A stretch of DNA of 64,000 nt from an uncultured Chloroflexia bacterium (lineage in GTDB: Bacteria; Chloroflexota; Ktedonobacteria; Ktedonobacterales; Ktedonobacteraceae), in the NCBI GenBank assembly GCA_963731415.1, contig CAVSVN010000010.1, positions 7,738 through 71,737 on the forward strand. Direction: 5' to 3'. Shown here in pieces: positions 9,903-19,911 of this stretch. Positions within the stretch are counted from its first letter, which is position 1. Every line of letters starts with the position of its first letter. Under the pieces are notes generated by a model. It saw only the letters and a program-made list of their open reading frames with translations. It was not told the DNA's origin and ran no database searches. The position numbers and the translations under genes are program-made.

Positions 9903-10414
9903 AGGCGATGGAAGCGCGACATGGTCATGATCTCCACAGGCTTCTGCTCGTAATAGCTATGCACACTCGCGACAGCAATCTGGGTTGCGCTGACCGCTTG
10001 GCTACGAGGAGCAACTGTGGCTTGGTGGAGCAGGCATAGATATGGCACTGACAGCAAAAAAAACTCGGCCGATGGGTCATCTTCGGCCAGGAGTAGCCAC
10101 GAAGTTGCCATATCGTGAATAATCTTGGACCTGCGTTTCTCTGGATTCCATATCCAACGAATCTGTGGAGGTGGGGGACAATAGGCAAACACCTTCCAGG
10201 GTGAAACCGTGCCATCAAGCTTTTGATCTCGATACATCAAGGTGAAATCCTGAGTAGCCGGATTTGGGGCGAAAAACGTCCAAGTCGGAATAGCAGAGAA
10301 ATAATCATGGCGCTTAAAAAATTTGCTTATGGAAATCTGAGGGAACTGACATATGACGGTGATGAGCAGCCATACAGCAAAGATTATGGTGAAAATAACA
10401 GCGAGTGAACTCAT
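9899..10414 (-). CDS. SdpA-like / DUF5819-like partner protein of HTTM proteins
   Basis: It has an N-terminal TM helix. The motif IPTWTFFAPNPATQDFTLMYR resembles the W.(L/F)FAPNP signature of partners encoded next to HTTM/SdpB genes. The start is set at the internal ATG (MSSLAVIF). Confidence 0.5.
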   Translation of the reverse strand: MSSLAVIFTIIFAVWLLITVICQFPQISISKFFKRHDYFSAIPTWTFFAPNPATQDFTLMYRDQKLDGTVSPWKVFAYCPPPPQIRWIWNPEKRRSKIIHDMATSWLLLAEDDPSAEFFLLSVPYLCLLHQATVAPRSQAVSATQIAVASVHSYYEQKPVEIMTMSRFHRL

Positions 10415-10524
10415 TGTGTCCCTATGCTCCCTGGTGCATTCCTGGCTCCTAGGGTATGTTATGTAGTTAAACCGTAGCAAACATACCCTGGTTTCTCCGC
10501 TTAACTCTCAATCGGTGGCGAGGC

Positions 10525-10833
10525 CTATCTGGCTAATAGACTGCTTCGAAGGCTAACGAGTTCCGTCAGGCTCACATCGGATGCAAGGTGGGTGACCAGC
10601 AACTGTAATGCAGCCCCGTGAGAAGCAAGCCCTGTCTCTGCCAAAGGGGTCACGCCCTTCTTCTGGTTGCCTTGTTTGGGTGGCCGATCGCGAGCACCAC
10701 TACATGCATAACCAGGGGAGGGAGCTACAAATTCAATTTGCTTTCCTACAGATTTGATGTCGAGTAACGACTCTTGTTTTTGCCAGTCGCTCACCTCCTG
10801 GTGAGTCCATTTGCTGGCAATTACTGCAAACAT
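10525..10833 (-). CDS. Hypothetical 102-aa protein (cargo of the transposon)
   Basis: The ATG at 10833 is preceded by AAGGAG at 7 nt. No recognisable domain. The longer 147-aa ORF lacks ribosome-binding-site support. Confidence 0.4.
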   Translation of the reverse strand: MFAVIASKWTHQEVSDWQKQESLLDIKSVGKQIEFVAPSPGYACSGARDRPPKQGNQKKGVTPLAETGLASHGAALQLLVTHLASDVSLTELVSLRSSLLAR

Positions 10834-11045
10834 ATCTTTCTCCTTTGTTGATGAAAATAGTCGTTTGTCCCAGCAAACTACTAATAACCTCAACCCATAT
10901 CGCAGCCAATAGCCCATTAGCTGCGATACCTTGCTCTTTTCCGACGAAAACGCTACACTGAACCTCAACCAAAGTATACACGATGTTCCGCATTAGGTGC
11001 AATAACTCATGAAAACACTATCCTCATCGTATCCATTGACCCTGG

Positions 11046-11900
11046 ATGATGCCTTTGAGCAGTTTCTTAGAGACCTCGTCATTCGCACGAAGAACCCGCG
11101 AAAGTTACGCCGAAGATCTCGCGCCACTCCTAGCTTTGGTCGGCCAGCAACCAGTCACAGCGTTTACCGCCGATATTGCTCAGAGGTTTCTCGCTCGCCA
11201 AGAATCCCTCTCCCCAGCCACCTACAACCGACGCCTGGCCGCGCTCCGCAGTTTCACCTGGTGGCTCAGCGATCAGGGATGGGAAACCTCAGCTCTGCTC
11301 TCTGGCATAGAACGGAAACCAGAAGGAAGGCGAACAGCTCGGGCACTCGATGCGCAAAAGGTCGAATCTGTGTTGCGCAAGATCGAGGATCCGCGTGATC
11401 GCGCCCTCTTCTGGCTGATCTATGATGGAGGTCTACGCTCCCAGGAAGCGCTGTCCATCGACATTGAGGACATTTCCTGGTCGGACCGCTCAATTCGTCT
11501 TCATGGCAAAGGTGACCGCCCCCGCGAGATGTTCTTCTCGCGTGCTGTCGGGACGCTTCTAGACAAGTATTTGGCGACACGCGATCACCCAACTTCAGGC
11601 CCGCTCTTCGTGACCCATCGCAAAGCACGTCTGCCTCGCCGTGCTGATCTGGACGCCGATGGCTACGCACGTCTCTCCTACCGCCAAGCCGACACGCTCT
11701 GGAAAGGCTATACTCCCGACTGGGATCTCCACCAACTCCGCCATACGGCCATCAGTCTGCGTGCTGCTCATGACTATACCGAGGTGAACCTGAAACGCTT
11801 TAGCGGGCATACCTCCTTACGGAGCCTGGAACGCTACATCGCCGACAACCGCGAAGCAGCCAAACGCAAAGCCCGCGAGTGGGAACGTCGTCAGGGGTAG
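11046..11900 (+). CDS. Tyrosine site-specific recombinase (XerC/D-like, probable transposon resolvase of TnpI type)
   Basis: Contains GLRSQEAL (Arg box), HQLRHTAI (HxxR) and GHTSLRSLERY (catalytic Tyr). It lies immediately upstream of tnpA. Confidence 0.85.
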   Translation: MMPLSSFLETSSFARRTRESYAEDLAPLLALVGQQPVTAFTADIAQRFLARQESLSPATYNRRLAALRSFTWWLSDQGWETSALLSGIERKPEGRRTARALDAQKVESVLRKIEDPRDRALFWLIYDGGLRSQEALSIDIEDISWSDRSIRLHGKGDRPREMFFSRAVGTLLDKYLATRDHPTSGPLFVTHRKARLPRRADLDADGYARLSYRQADTLWKGYTPDWDLHQLRHTAISLRAAHDYTEVNLKRFSGHTSLRSLERYIADNREAAKRKAREWERRQG

Positions 11901-12133
11901 AAAGGAACCATCGTGCCACGAATCGAAGAGATCGCCTCTCGGCGGCGGAAGCGCACACCGACAGAGCGTGAGTTGTCTACGCCGACCCTTGATGAGCGTC
12001 TCCTGTCCCAACACCATACCACAGACGAACCAGCGCTGGCTGCCTTTTTGGTGCTGCTCAAAACCGTCCAACACCTCGGTTCTCGAAACGTATACATGCT
12101 AACATCCTGCTATTCTTCTGAGGAGGAGGATGT

Positions 12134-15100
12134 ATGACCACGCTGGATGTCACGACACCATCGAAGCGACTGCATATTCTCGACGATGAGGAAATCGAAG
12201 CTCTCTATGGCAGACCTTGCTTGACTGGAGATGAGCGTACTGATGTGTTTACACTAACCCAGCCAGAGAAAGACCTCCTCGCATCCTTTATACACCCCCC
12301 TATTCAGCTCTATTTTCTCCTGCAACTGGGCTATTTCAAAGTCAAACAGCTGTTCTTCACCTTTACCTTTGACGACGTGGGCGAGGATGTTACCTACCTG
12401 CTTGAGCGGTATTTTCCCGAGACCCCCCAGTCAGAACTGTGGATGCTCAATAAACGCACGATCCTCAAACAGCGACAACGCATTTTGAAACTGTTCGGCT
12501 ATCGCCTTTGCACACCGACAGATCGTCATGACTTGTTTCTTCGTGCCCAACAAGCGGCGCAAATCAGTAGCAAACCCATCTATGTTTTGCGTGAACTTCT
12601 GCACTACCTCACCGAACATCGCCTTGTGAAGCCAGGCTATACGCTCTTGCAAGAAGAATTCGTTGGGAAGGCATTGACGGCAGAAGTGAAGCGCTTGGCG
12701 GTCATACTCCAAACGCTTTTGCCTTCTGAAGAGTGTGTAGCGCTTGATGCCCTGCTGACGGAAACCAACGATCTCTACATGATCACCCAGGTGAAACGAC
12801 AGCCCAAGGACTTCAGCTTAGGCGAAATGCGTCGCGAAACGGCCCGTGGTGAGTCCCTCGCCCAGCTCTACACCTTGGCCAGACGAATCGTGCCACAACT
12901 GGATATCTCTCGTGAAGGCATCACGTATTATTCCTCACTGGTCTCCTATTATTCGGTGTTTCGGCTCAAGCAACTCGACACCTGGACCATCTACCTCTAC
13001 CTGTTATGCTTTGTTGTCCATCGTTATCAGCGTTTCAACGACAATCTGCTCACCTGTTTTATTCATCTGGTGAAGCAGTACTCAGACGAAGCGAAAGCCA
13101 CCGCCAAAAGAACCGTGTATGAGTATCGTGGGGCCAGGAATCAAGATCTGCCCAAAGCTGGGGAGGTGCTCAAGCTCTTTACCGCCGAGTATGAAGGCAG
13201 CACGCCGTTTTGTACCGTGCAAGAACAAGCCTTTGCTCTTCTTGATCGGCAACGCTTAACACGCGTTGCCGAGTATATGATCAATGAGGCGAGCTGCGAT
13301 GAAATCGCCTTTGAATGGGAGCACATTGACTCTCTGGCCCAGCGCTTTAAGCAACATCTCCGTCCTCTCTTTCGCGCTATCGATCTCTCTGCTACCCGAG
13401 TCAATGCGCCCATCCAGGAAGCCATCCACTTTCTCAAGGCAGCCTTTCAAAAAGACCGCCCACTCCGTCAGATCGAGTCGGGGGATTTTCCCACCGACTT
13501 CTTTCCCGTTCGAGAGAAACGCTACCTCTACCAGAAAAATGAAACCGACCAGAAACACATTATCCCTGACCGTTATGAATTTCTGGTCTATCGTCTGGTG
13601 CGCCATCGACTTGAAGCAGGCGATCTCTTTTGCCGCGACAGTGTCCACTTCCGCAGTTTCGAGGATGATTTAGTGGATGATCAGCAGTGGACGAACAAAG
13701 AGGTGTTACTTGCGCAGACGGGTTTAGCACTCCTGACACAGCCCGTTGGCGACCACCTTGCTGAGTTGCAATGCCAATTAGAAGATCGTATTAGCACGGT
13801 CAATCAGCGCATCAGTGCCGGAGAAAATAGTCACTTTCACCTCACGACCACAGGGAAACGAAAGAGTTGGACGCTCCAATATCCCATGAGCGCCGAGCCC
13901 ATCAACCATCCGATCTTTTATCCCATGAGCGCCGAGCCCATCAACCATCTGATCTTTGAGACGTGCCTCAGGTGAACATCAGCAGTGTGCTCCACTTTGT
14001 CAATCACCACTGCCACTTCATGACGTGCTTCGAGCATGTTCTGGGACGGTACAGCAAACAGGTTGCCGATGAGCTCATGCTGAGCGCCTGTCTCGTTGCC
14101 TGGGCAACCAACATGGGTCTTGGACGCATGGGTGACATTTCGGACATTACCTTCGACACACTGGCAAGCACCTCGGAAAACTTTCTGCGCCCCGAAACCC
14201 TGAAAGCGGCCAATGATTGCATCAGTAATGCCATCGCGGCTCTGACGATGTTTCGGCACTATGATATCGCCGGCGTGGTCCACTCCAGTAGCGATGGGCA
14301 AAAGTTTGAAACAGCTCTTCCCACATTCAATGCACGCTATTCCCCGAAATATTTTGGCCTCAAAAAGGGGATGGTGGCGTATACCCTGGTTGCCAATCAT
14401 GTCCCGGTGAACGCCGAGATGATCGGTGCCCACGATCATGAGAGCCAATTTGTCTTCGATTTGCTCTTCAACAATACCACGGACATTCACCCGCAGGTAC
14501 ATTCAACGGAGACACACGGAACCAACCAGGTGAATTTTGCCTTGCTGCATCTCTTCGGCTATCAGTTCGCGCCGCGCTATAAAGCCATCCAGGAGAAACT
14601 TCGCACGTCGCTCTATGGTTTTGAGCACCCTACTCAGTATGGCGACATCCTCTTGAAACCAGTACGCAAACTCAATACCGATTTGATCGTGGAAGAATGG
14701 GAGAACCTGCAGCGCATTTTCGTCTCGTTGGCGTTAAAAACCACGACGCAGAGTATCATTGTCCACAAACTCAACTCCTATGCTCGAAAAAACAAAACAC
14801 GCCAGGCTTTGTGGGAATACGACAATATCATCAGTAGCCTCTACTTGCTCGACTTTGTAGACTCGCCAATTCTGCGCAAGAACGTCCAGACTGCGCTCAA
14901 TCGGGGCGAAAGTTACCATCAACTTCATCGTGCTGTTTCCTACGCCAATTTTGGCAAATTGCGCTTCAGGTCAGAAGATGACCAACATCTGTGGCATGAG
15001 TGTAGCCGACTGGTCACCAACTGCATCATCTTCTACAATATGACCCTCTTGTCGCAGTTGTTGGCGCGCCAAGAGGCCACCCCAGACATGACGCACATTG

Positions 15101-15252
15101 CCCGCATCTCCCCGGTGGCTTGGCAACATATGAATTTCTATGGTCGTTATGACTTTACCAAAGCGTCGAAGCCCATCAATATGGAAGAAATCGTCGAAGC
15201 CTTAGCCCATCACCCCACCATCTCGGTGTGGATGAAGGAGATGCCTGGGTGA
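12134..15252 (+). pseudogene. tnpA: Tn3-family transposase TnpA, interrupted by a 1-nt frameshift near 13960
   Basis: ORFs 12134-13975 and 13963-15252 together give a colinear transposase of about 1040 aa with an N-terminal DUF4158-like region (LQLGYFK) and a C-terminal DDE domain. Confidence 0.85.
13881..13958 (+). repeat. Tandem duplication, 2 x 39 bp, inside tnpA
   Basis: atcccatgagcgccgagcccatcaaccatc[c/t]gatcttt[t/g] occurs twice, encoding YPMSAEPINH(P/L)IF twice. It lies directly before the frameshift. Confidence 0.95.
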
Positions 15253-15253
15253 A

Positions 15254-15292
15254 GCTGAGTGCACTGTTTCGGGGGGTTATGCAAAAATCCCC
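15254..15292. repeat. Right terminal inverted repeat of the Tn3-family element
   Basis: It is the reverse complement of the left repeat with about 5 mismatches in 36 nt. It abuts the tnpA stop codon (15250-15252). Confidence 0.8.
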
Positions 15293-15470
15293 TTCTACGA
15301 AGGAACTCTCGAAAAGACGGTGCTATCAGTTTTACGCGTTTTACACTCTGGATGTCGAATTGAGCATCGAGCTACCCAACCCAGCACCGCATCAGCTCTT
15401 GCTTGACGGATTGGATTGGGCGCTTGAATTGCTCTTAACTTAATGCGTATGGGATTTCCCGATAGTATCC

Positions 15471-16580
15471 CTACTTACCGATAATTCGATATTTTGTCCA
15501 CCAGAACGTCAATGCGAACAGCAGGGCCGACATGAGCACATAGATCCCACTCTCTATCTCCTGGAAGAGCAAGAAACGATCACCAGGCTGATACAAGTAT
15601 TTATCTTGAAAACCATGCGCTATTGTGCATTGGGTGTACGCCTTTTCCTCAGGTGTTGGAGGCTGATTACCAGTGCTACCACCAGGACCTGCGGATGCTG
15701 ATGCTATTTTGAGAGGCTTGTTTATGTTCATGAGAGGGAGCGCCATATTCAATTGCAAAGGAGCGCTGGATGTAGTGTTTGTATGCAAACCCAAATCAGG
15801 GCTTTTGCAAACTCCATTGGTCGGATCAACCGTGTTGCCCTGCCTGTCGACAACCGTTAAATATCCAATCTGCATGGCACTTTGTGGAGCATTCTGCCCA
15901 CTGTTAAAGGGTGTCAAGGATATTAACGGTGGTAAAAAGTAAGGACGCCAGAAGACTTCGATCAGAATACGCACGATTACAAAAATCACTAAGGTAAGAG
16001 CCATCGCCGGAACCGCTTTCCTCACGATTGTTCCCACACAAACACCCAGGGTAAACGCGAAGAGCGTATAGGCAATCGCAGGCAGACTCCATACATCGTA
16101 GTTGGTACGATCCCAAAGACTATACAATGTAGGAACGACCGGTGTTTTCCACCAGAGGAACAAGCAACAGAGTATGATAGTGGCACAGAGGAGTAACGCC
16201 ACGATTCCACCTACTTTGACGAGTAACCAACGGGACCATGAAATGCTTTGCGTCCAGATCAGGCGATAGGTACCCTGTTCCAGTTCGCGTGCAACTATCT
16301 GTGCACCAAAAAACATACCGATGATGGCAGGCAAAGCCAGAAGAGCATACTGGAAGAGAGAATAGAATGCTGAACCGCCAAAGGCTTTTCCCTGAATATA
16401 GTCCTGCAGGTTTAGACGCGCAACAGTGCATTTATTAGATGAGCAGCTCATATTTCCTACGGAATGCGCAAAGGAGACAATATTTGCGCTCGTCACGAGC
16501 AAAATGGCGGCCACAAGGAGCAATCCAACCACTAATAGGAGTATTTCGATACGATATTGACGCCATGTCAACCAGATCAT
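15471..16580 (-). CDS. ABC-2 type transporter permease
   Basis: Multi-TM protein. The start MIWLTWRQYRIE overlaps the ATPase stop by 4 nt (ATGA). The ORF is open further upstream, but that stretch overlaps the ATPase gene. Confidence 0.7.
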   Translation of the reverse strand: MIWLTWRQYRIEILLLVVGLLLVAAILLVTSANIVSFAHSVGNMSCSSNKCTVARLNLQDYIQGKAFGGSAFYSLFQYALLALPAIIGMFFGAQIVARELEQGTYRLIWTQSISWSRWLLVKVGGIVALLLCATIILCCLFLWWKTPVVPTLYSLWDRTNYDVWSLPAIAYTLFAFTLGVCVGTIVRKAVPAMALTLVIFVIVRILIEVFWRPYFLPPLISLTPFNSGQNAPQSAMQIGYLTVVDRQGNTVDPTNGVCKSPDLGLHTNTTSSAPLQLNMALPLMNINKPLKIASASAGPGGSTGNQPPTPEEKAYTQCTIAHGFQDKYLYQPGDRFLLFQEIESGIYVLMSALLFALTFWWTKYRIIGK

Positions 16581-17479
16581 TGCGCAACCTCCAATGTTCT
16601 CCCATTCTGATCGACCAGAGCCGACTTGGATTGGGAGAGGTAAGCGAGAATAATATCTTCTAATGAGACCGGGTGTACTTGCCAGGCTGGATCGAGAAGA
16701 GGCCCATGCGTTTGTACAAGCAGCGCACATTGCCTCCCTGTACCATTCACCGCTACAATGGTGTGCGTTCTGGCAACGGACTCCATCCGCTCCCTCGGTC
16801 CAATAAGCATCTTATGAGACTGCATAAGGGAATCGACCCTGGTGGCAAACTGCACACGTGAAGTAGACATAATTACCAGGTAATCACAGAAGCGCTCCAG
16901 GTCGGCAACGTTATGCGAAGAAATGAGCACCGTCATGCCATGTTCGGCCACTGCGTCCAACAACGTTTGCTGAAATTCGCGGCGGGCGATAGGGTCCAGG
17001 CTGGCAACCGGTTCATCCAGGATCAAGAGTTCTGGTTGTTTGGCAAGAGCGAGAATCAATGCAACTTGCGCCTGTTGTCCACCTGACAGCTTCCCAGTCT
17101 GTTGGTGAAGCGGAATACCGAGGCGTTCCAGACGTTGCAATGCCTGTTCTTGATTCCATGTGCGATTCAGCTTTTGCCCTACCATGAGCATCTCTTTGAC
17201 GGTAAATGTTTTATAGAGTGGATGCTCTTGTGAAACGAAACCAATGCGTGGCAAAAGTTGTTTCATATCCTTGCCAGGTGTATGACCAAGGACAGTGATA
17301 GTTCCATTCGATGGTGCCAACAGCCCTGTGATGAGATGAAGCAACGTTGTTTTACCCGCGCCATTCGGGCCTACCAGTCCAGCAATGCACCCAATAGGGA
17401 TCTGTAACGTGCAGTCGCGTAGAGCCCACTTGCGACCATAGCGTTTGCTTAAATGAACTGTTTCCAATGCTTGAATCAT
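16577..17479 (-). CDS. ABC transporter ATP-binding protein
   Basis: Walker A GPNGAGKTT, signature LSGGQQ, Walker B LLILDEP. Confidence 0.9.
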   Translation of the reverse strand: MIQALETVHLSKRYGRKWALRDCTLQIPIGCIAGLVGPNGAGKTTLLHLITGLLAPSNGTITVLGHTPGKDMKQLLPRIGFVSQEHPLYKTFTVKEMLMVGQKLNRTWNQEQALQRLERLGIPLHQQTGKLSGGQQAQVALILALAKQPELLILDEPVASLDPIARREFQQTLLDAVAEHGMTVLISSHNVADLERFCDYLVIMSTSRVQFATRVDSLMQSHKMLIGPRERMESVARTHTIVAVNGTGRQCALLVQTHGPLLDPAWQVHPVSLEDIILAYLSQSKSALVDQNGRTLEVAQ

Positions 17480-17895
17480 GCAATTCCTTCCTCATACTTT
17501 TTTTTAAATTCTTGCAGTGTACGATCAAACAAAGCCTGTATGCTTTCTTCTTTCAGGTCAGCTGCGTAAGCATCATGCAACCAGTTTTCTAGACCTTGAC
17601 GGAGAACATCATGGCTTTCAAGAGAAGGATCAGCCAGAGTACGTTGTACGAACGTACCCAGACCAGGACGGCTTCCTACCAGTCCTTCAAGCTCCAGCGT
17701 ACGATAGGCTTTAAAGACCGTATTGGGATTAATAGCCAGTTTCGCTACAACCTCACGCATCGTTGGTAACTGATCTCCTGGCTTCAAAAATCCCAATCGC
17801 AATGCCTGTTTCACCTGATGAACGAGTTGTAAATAGGGAGCAACACCTGAACGGCTATCCAGATAAAACTCGATGTTCCGTTCCTCTGCACTCAT
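17476..17895 (-). CDS. GntR-family (YtrA-like) transcriptional regulator
   Basis: Winged HTH LPTMREVVAKLAINPNTVFKAYRTLELEGLV. It is translationally coupled to the ABC ATPase. Confidence 0.9.
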   Translation of the reverse strand: MSAEERNIEFYLDSRSGVAPYLQLVHQVKQALRLGFLKPGDQLPTMREVVAKLAINPNTVFKAYRTLELEGLVGSRPGLGTFVQRTLADPSLESHDVLRQGLENWLHDAYAADLKEESIQALFDRTLQEFKKKYEEGIA

Positions 17896-18183
17896 CTGTT
17901 TTCCTCTCTTAATTAGATAACTAAATAACTATGACAATAGTGAAAGTATACCCGGTTGCCATCTTTCTGTCAAGCTTTCTAGGGGTTCCAACACGTTGAT
18001 CCCCCGTTTTCCTGCTAAGCCAACAGTAATACAGGTAAAAATAGATAAAAAGTATTTCAGAAGATATACAAAGCCAATACACACCGACGCGTTCTCCGTC
18101 TGGCCAAAACGGTCACTCAATGGGTCCTGGACCCAGAATGGTCCGAACGCTCCTTTTGTAGAAGGCTTACGCAAAGCTGTTAG

Positions 18184-18563
18184 GGGGTCGAGTATGAGCG
18201 GACCGGGAAACCACGCTAAGGAATTTTAGGTGTTCCAATTGCTCAAACTCTGCATGGAAATGTGGCAAAAGCCTGTCATGCACTGTTCCCGATGTAAATT
18301 ATTTGCAGCTCGTTTGCTCAGTGATACTCATCCTTTGTGCTTGTTTTTGGCTTAGCGTGGTTTTCCGGTCCGCTCATACTCGCCCCCCTGATACTAGTGG
18401 CGAAGTCAAAAATCATGCTCAGTTCGAGAGGAACATCGTGGAATATCGAGCGTACATATCGACTTCGCCACCAGTATCAACATTGGTGAATACCGTTTGG
18501 TAGCTGATCTCCGTTATTGAAGAGTATCGAGCGTAGCAAGCAGAGAGTATTCACCAACGTTGG
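18184..18563. repeat. Non-coding region with three consecutive long imperfect inverted repeats
   Basis: Arms are 18184-18221/18349-18386 (about 37 bp), 18390-18408/18461-18479 and 18477-18493/18547-18563. There is also a direct repeat tatcgagcgta at about 18441 and about 18524. Confidence 0.6.
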
Positions 18564-18595
18564 CCATGAGCCATTTTCTGGTTCAAACGACAGGA

Positions 18596-19207
18596 TTACA
18601 TCGTACTACAGGCACCGACTCCACCAGGTGGGGTCGCTGCTGGAGAGATCATCTGACTCGGTGCCAACAGCATGACCATGCCGATTCCAGGAGCCGTGTG
18701 ACTCACGGTCAGCATCCCGGACCATTTGAAGACGAAGGTAGCGGTTGTCTGGCCGGCGGCGACTATCAGGGAATTCGTGGCGCTGCTTGAGCGCCCGTTG
18801 TTGGTGGTATATTGGAAAAGGATGGTGCCACCTGGGCCCCCAGGAGCAAGAGTGAAGGTTGCCGTGTAGCTTTCCGTGAAGGTCGTACCACATCGATACC
18901 CACTCAGATTAGGACCCGCCGATACTCCGATACTGGTGACCTGAAAGGGGGTCGATGATTTGGTACTGTTGCTGGGAGCGGGTGTATTGGAAGGCGTCGT
19001 GCCTGTTTTCGTCGTCGTCGTGGGTGGAGTGGAAGGTGTTGTGGTTGGAGTGGAAGGCGTACTGCCTAGTATCGTCGTCGCAGTTGGAGTGGAAGACGTA
19101 TTGCTTGTTATTGTCGTCGCAGTTGTCGTTGTGCATGCGGCCAAAAGACCCATTAAAGCAATGGCAATGAACGCGCTCACAAATGATACTCGATGAATTT
19201 GTCTCAT
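18596..19207 (-). CDS. Secreted lipoprotein with Thr-rich linker
   Basis: Signal peptide plus lipobox (ALMGLLAAC). A long T/S/P-rich low-complexity linker and a C-terminal beta-rich domain follow. Confidence 0.7.
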   Translation of the reverse strand: MRQIHRVSFVSAFIAIALMGLLAACTTTTATTITSNTSSTPTATTILGSTPSTPTTTPSTPPTTTTKTGTTPSNTPAPSNSTKSSTPFQVTSIGVSAGPNLSGYRCGTTFTESYTATFTLAPGGPGGTILFQYTTNNGRSSSATNSLIVAAGQTTATFVFKWSGMLTVSHTAPGIGMVMLLAPSQMISPAATPPGGVGACSTM

Positions 19208-19297
19208 TAAATTTCTCTATCCTTTTTTTTATTTTTATATAGAAAAGATTATAGATCTATCATAGAGGATCGTCGTGATGTCTGTCTATGAGCTAGT

Positions 19298-19633
19298 TCA
19301 CACTTTGGTCGAAATTGTCTGATACCCTGTTGTGCCCAGTAGGGCTCTCGTCCTCTTGCGAGTTCCTGTTCCAACCATGGGCATGGGCCTTGCTGCATAA
19401 ATAACGGCATCATTGAAGTTGTTGAGATCTGTGTGCAGGTACTCAGCAGCCATCCCTAAGCGCACTCGCGCTATGTTGAGTTTATTCATATGCTGGACCC
19501 ATTCAGCATAGTGCTCTTTGCCTTCCAGACAGTCGAGCGGTTCTACATTCCTCAAAAACTTGATTGCCTGGCATGCGGCCTTCACATGTCCGATGAGTTC
19601 GGATTGCGTCGAGGTCAGATCGTCAAACATCAT
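19298..19633 (-). CDS. Hypothetical protein (downstream member of an overlapping pair)
   Basis: 111-aa ORF whose start overlaps the stop of the upstream ORF by 4 nt (ATGA). I recognise no motif. Confidence 0.45.
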   Translation of the reverse strand: MMFDDLTSTQSELIGHVKAACQAIKFLRNVEPLDCLEGKEHYAEWVQHMNKLNIARVRLGMAAEYLHTDLNNFNDAVIYAARPMPMVGTGTRKRTRALLGTTGYQTISTKV

Positions 19634-19911
19634 ATGCGTAGTCCTCCCAACTGTTGGATCGACTCTTTATAAATCCTGGCCTTCGTCTCCAGGGTATCTA
19701 CGAGCATCGAGAGCGGAGCAACCTGACGAATCTGCCCAGCTCGCTGCTCATAATCTTGTGCCATATGTGCTAAATCAAGGATCAGACCATTCTTCTCTGG
19801 TCGATGGGTCTCTATATGCCGCACGATCTCCCGATAGGCGTTACATTCATCATCATCTTCTGCCTCCTCGATCAAACGTTCACAGCTTTGCTTAAATGTG
19901 ATGATATTCAA
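19630..19911 (-). CDS. Hypothetical protein (upstream member of an overlapping pair)
   Basis: 93-aa acidic helical ORF, translationally coupled to 19298-19633. Confidence 0.45.
   Translation of the reverse strand: MNIITFKQSCERLIEEAEDDDECNAYREIVRHIETHRPEKNGLILDLAHMAQDYEQRAGQIRQVAPLSMLVDTLETKARIYKESIQQLGGLRI

Larger units (their letters stand above)
8983..15292 (+). mobile_element. Tn3-family transposon with tyrosine recombinase and three cargo ORFs
   Basis: About 36-38-bp terminal inverted repeats starting GGGG: left GGGGTTTTTGCATATCCCCCCGAAATGGTGTACTC, right (reverse complement) GGGGATTTTTGCATAACCCCCCGAAACAGTGCACTC. They enclose a DUF4158 + DDE Tn3-type transposase whose stop lies next to the right repeat. 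Confidence 0.75.

Noticed and set aside
10834-10968. The N-terminal 45 codons of the 147-aa ORF 10525-10968.
   Set aside because: The upstream start has no Shine-Dalgarno. The internal ATG at 10833 has AAGGAG at ideal spacing.
11913-12137. A 74-aa ORF lies between the recombinase gene and tnpA.
   Set aside because: It has no ribosome-binding site or domain support. It may be a remnant or a leader of tnpA, so I do not report it as a gene.
13881-13958. The repeat was considered as a possible CRISPR or minisatellite.
   Set aside because: There are only two directly adjacent copies with no spacers, inside a coding region. No CRISPR array is present anywhere in the window.
18909-19196. Several ORFs (18909-19136 on the minus strand, 18955-19170 and 18960-19196 on the plus strand) lie within the lipoprotein gene.
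   Set aside because: They are frame shadows of the Thr/Ser/Pro-rich low-complexity linker (repetitive ACN/GTN codons). The lipoprotein frame has a signal peptide and lipobox.
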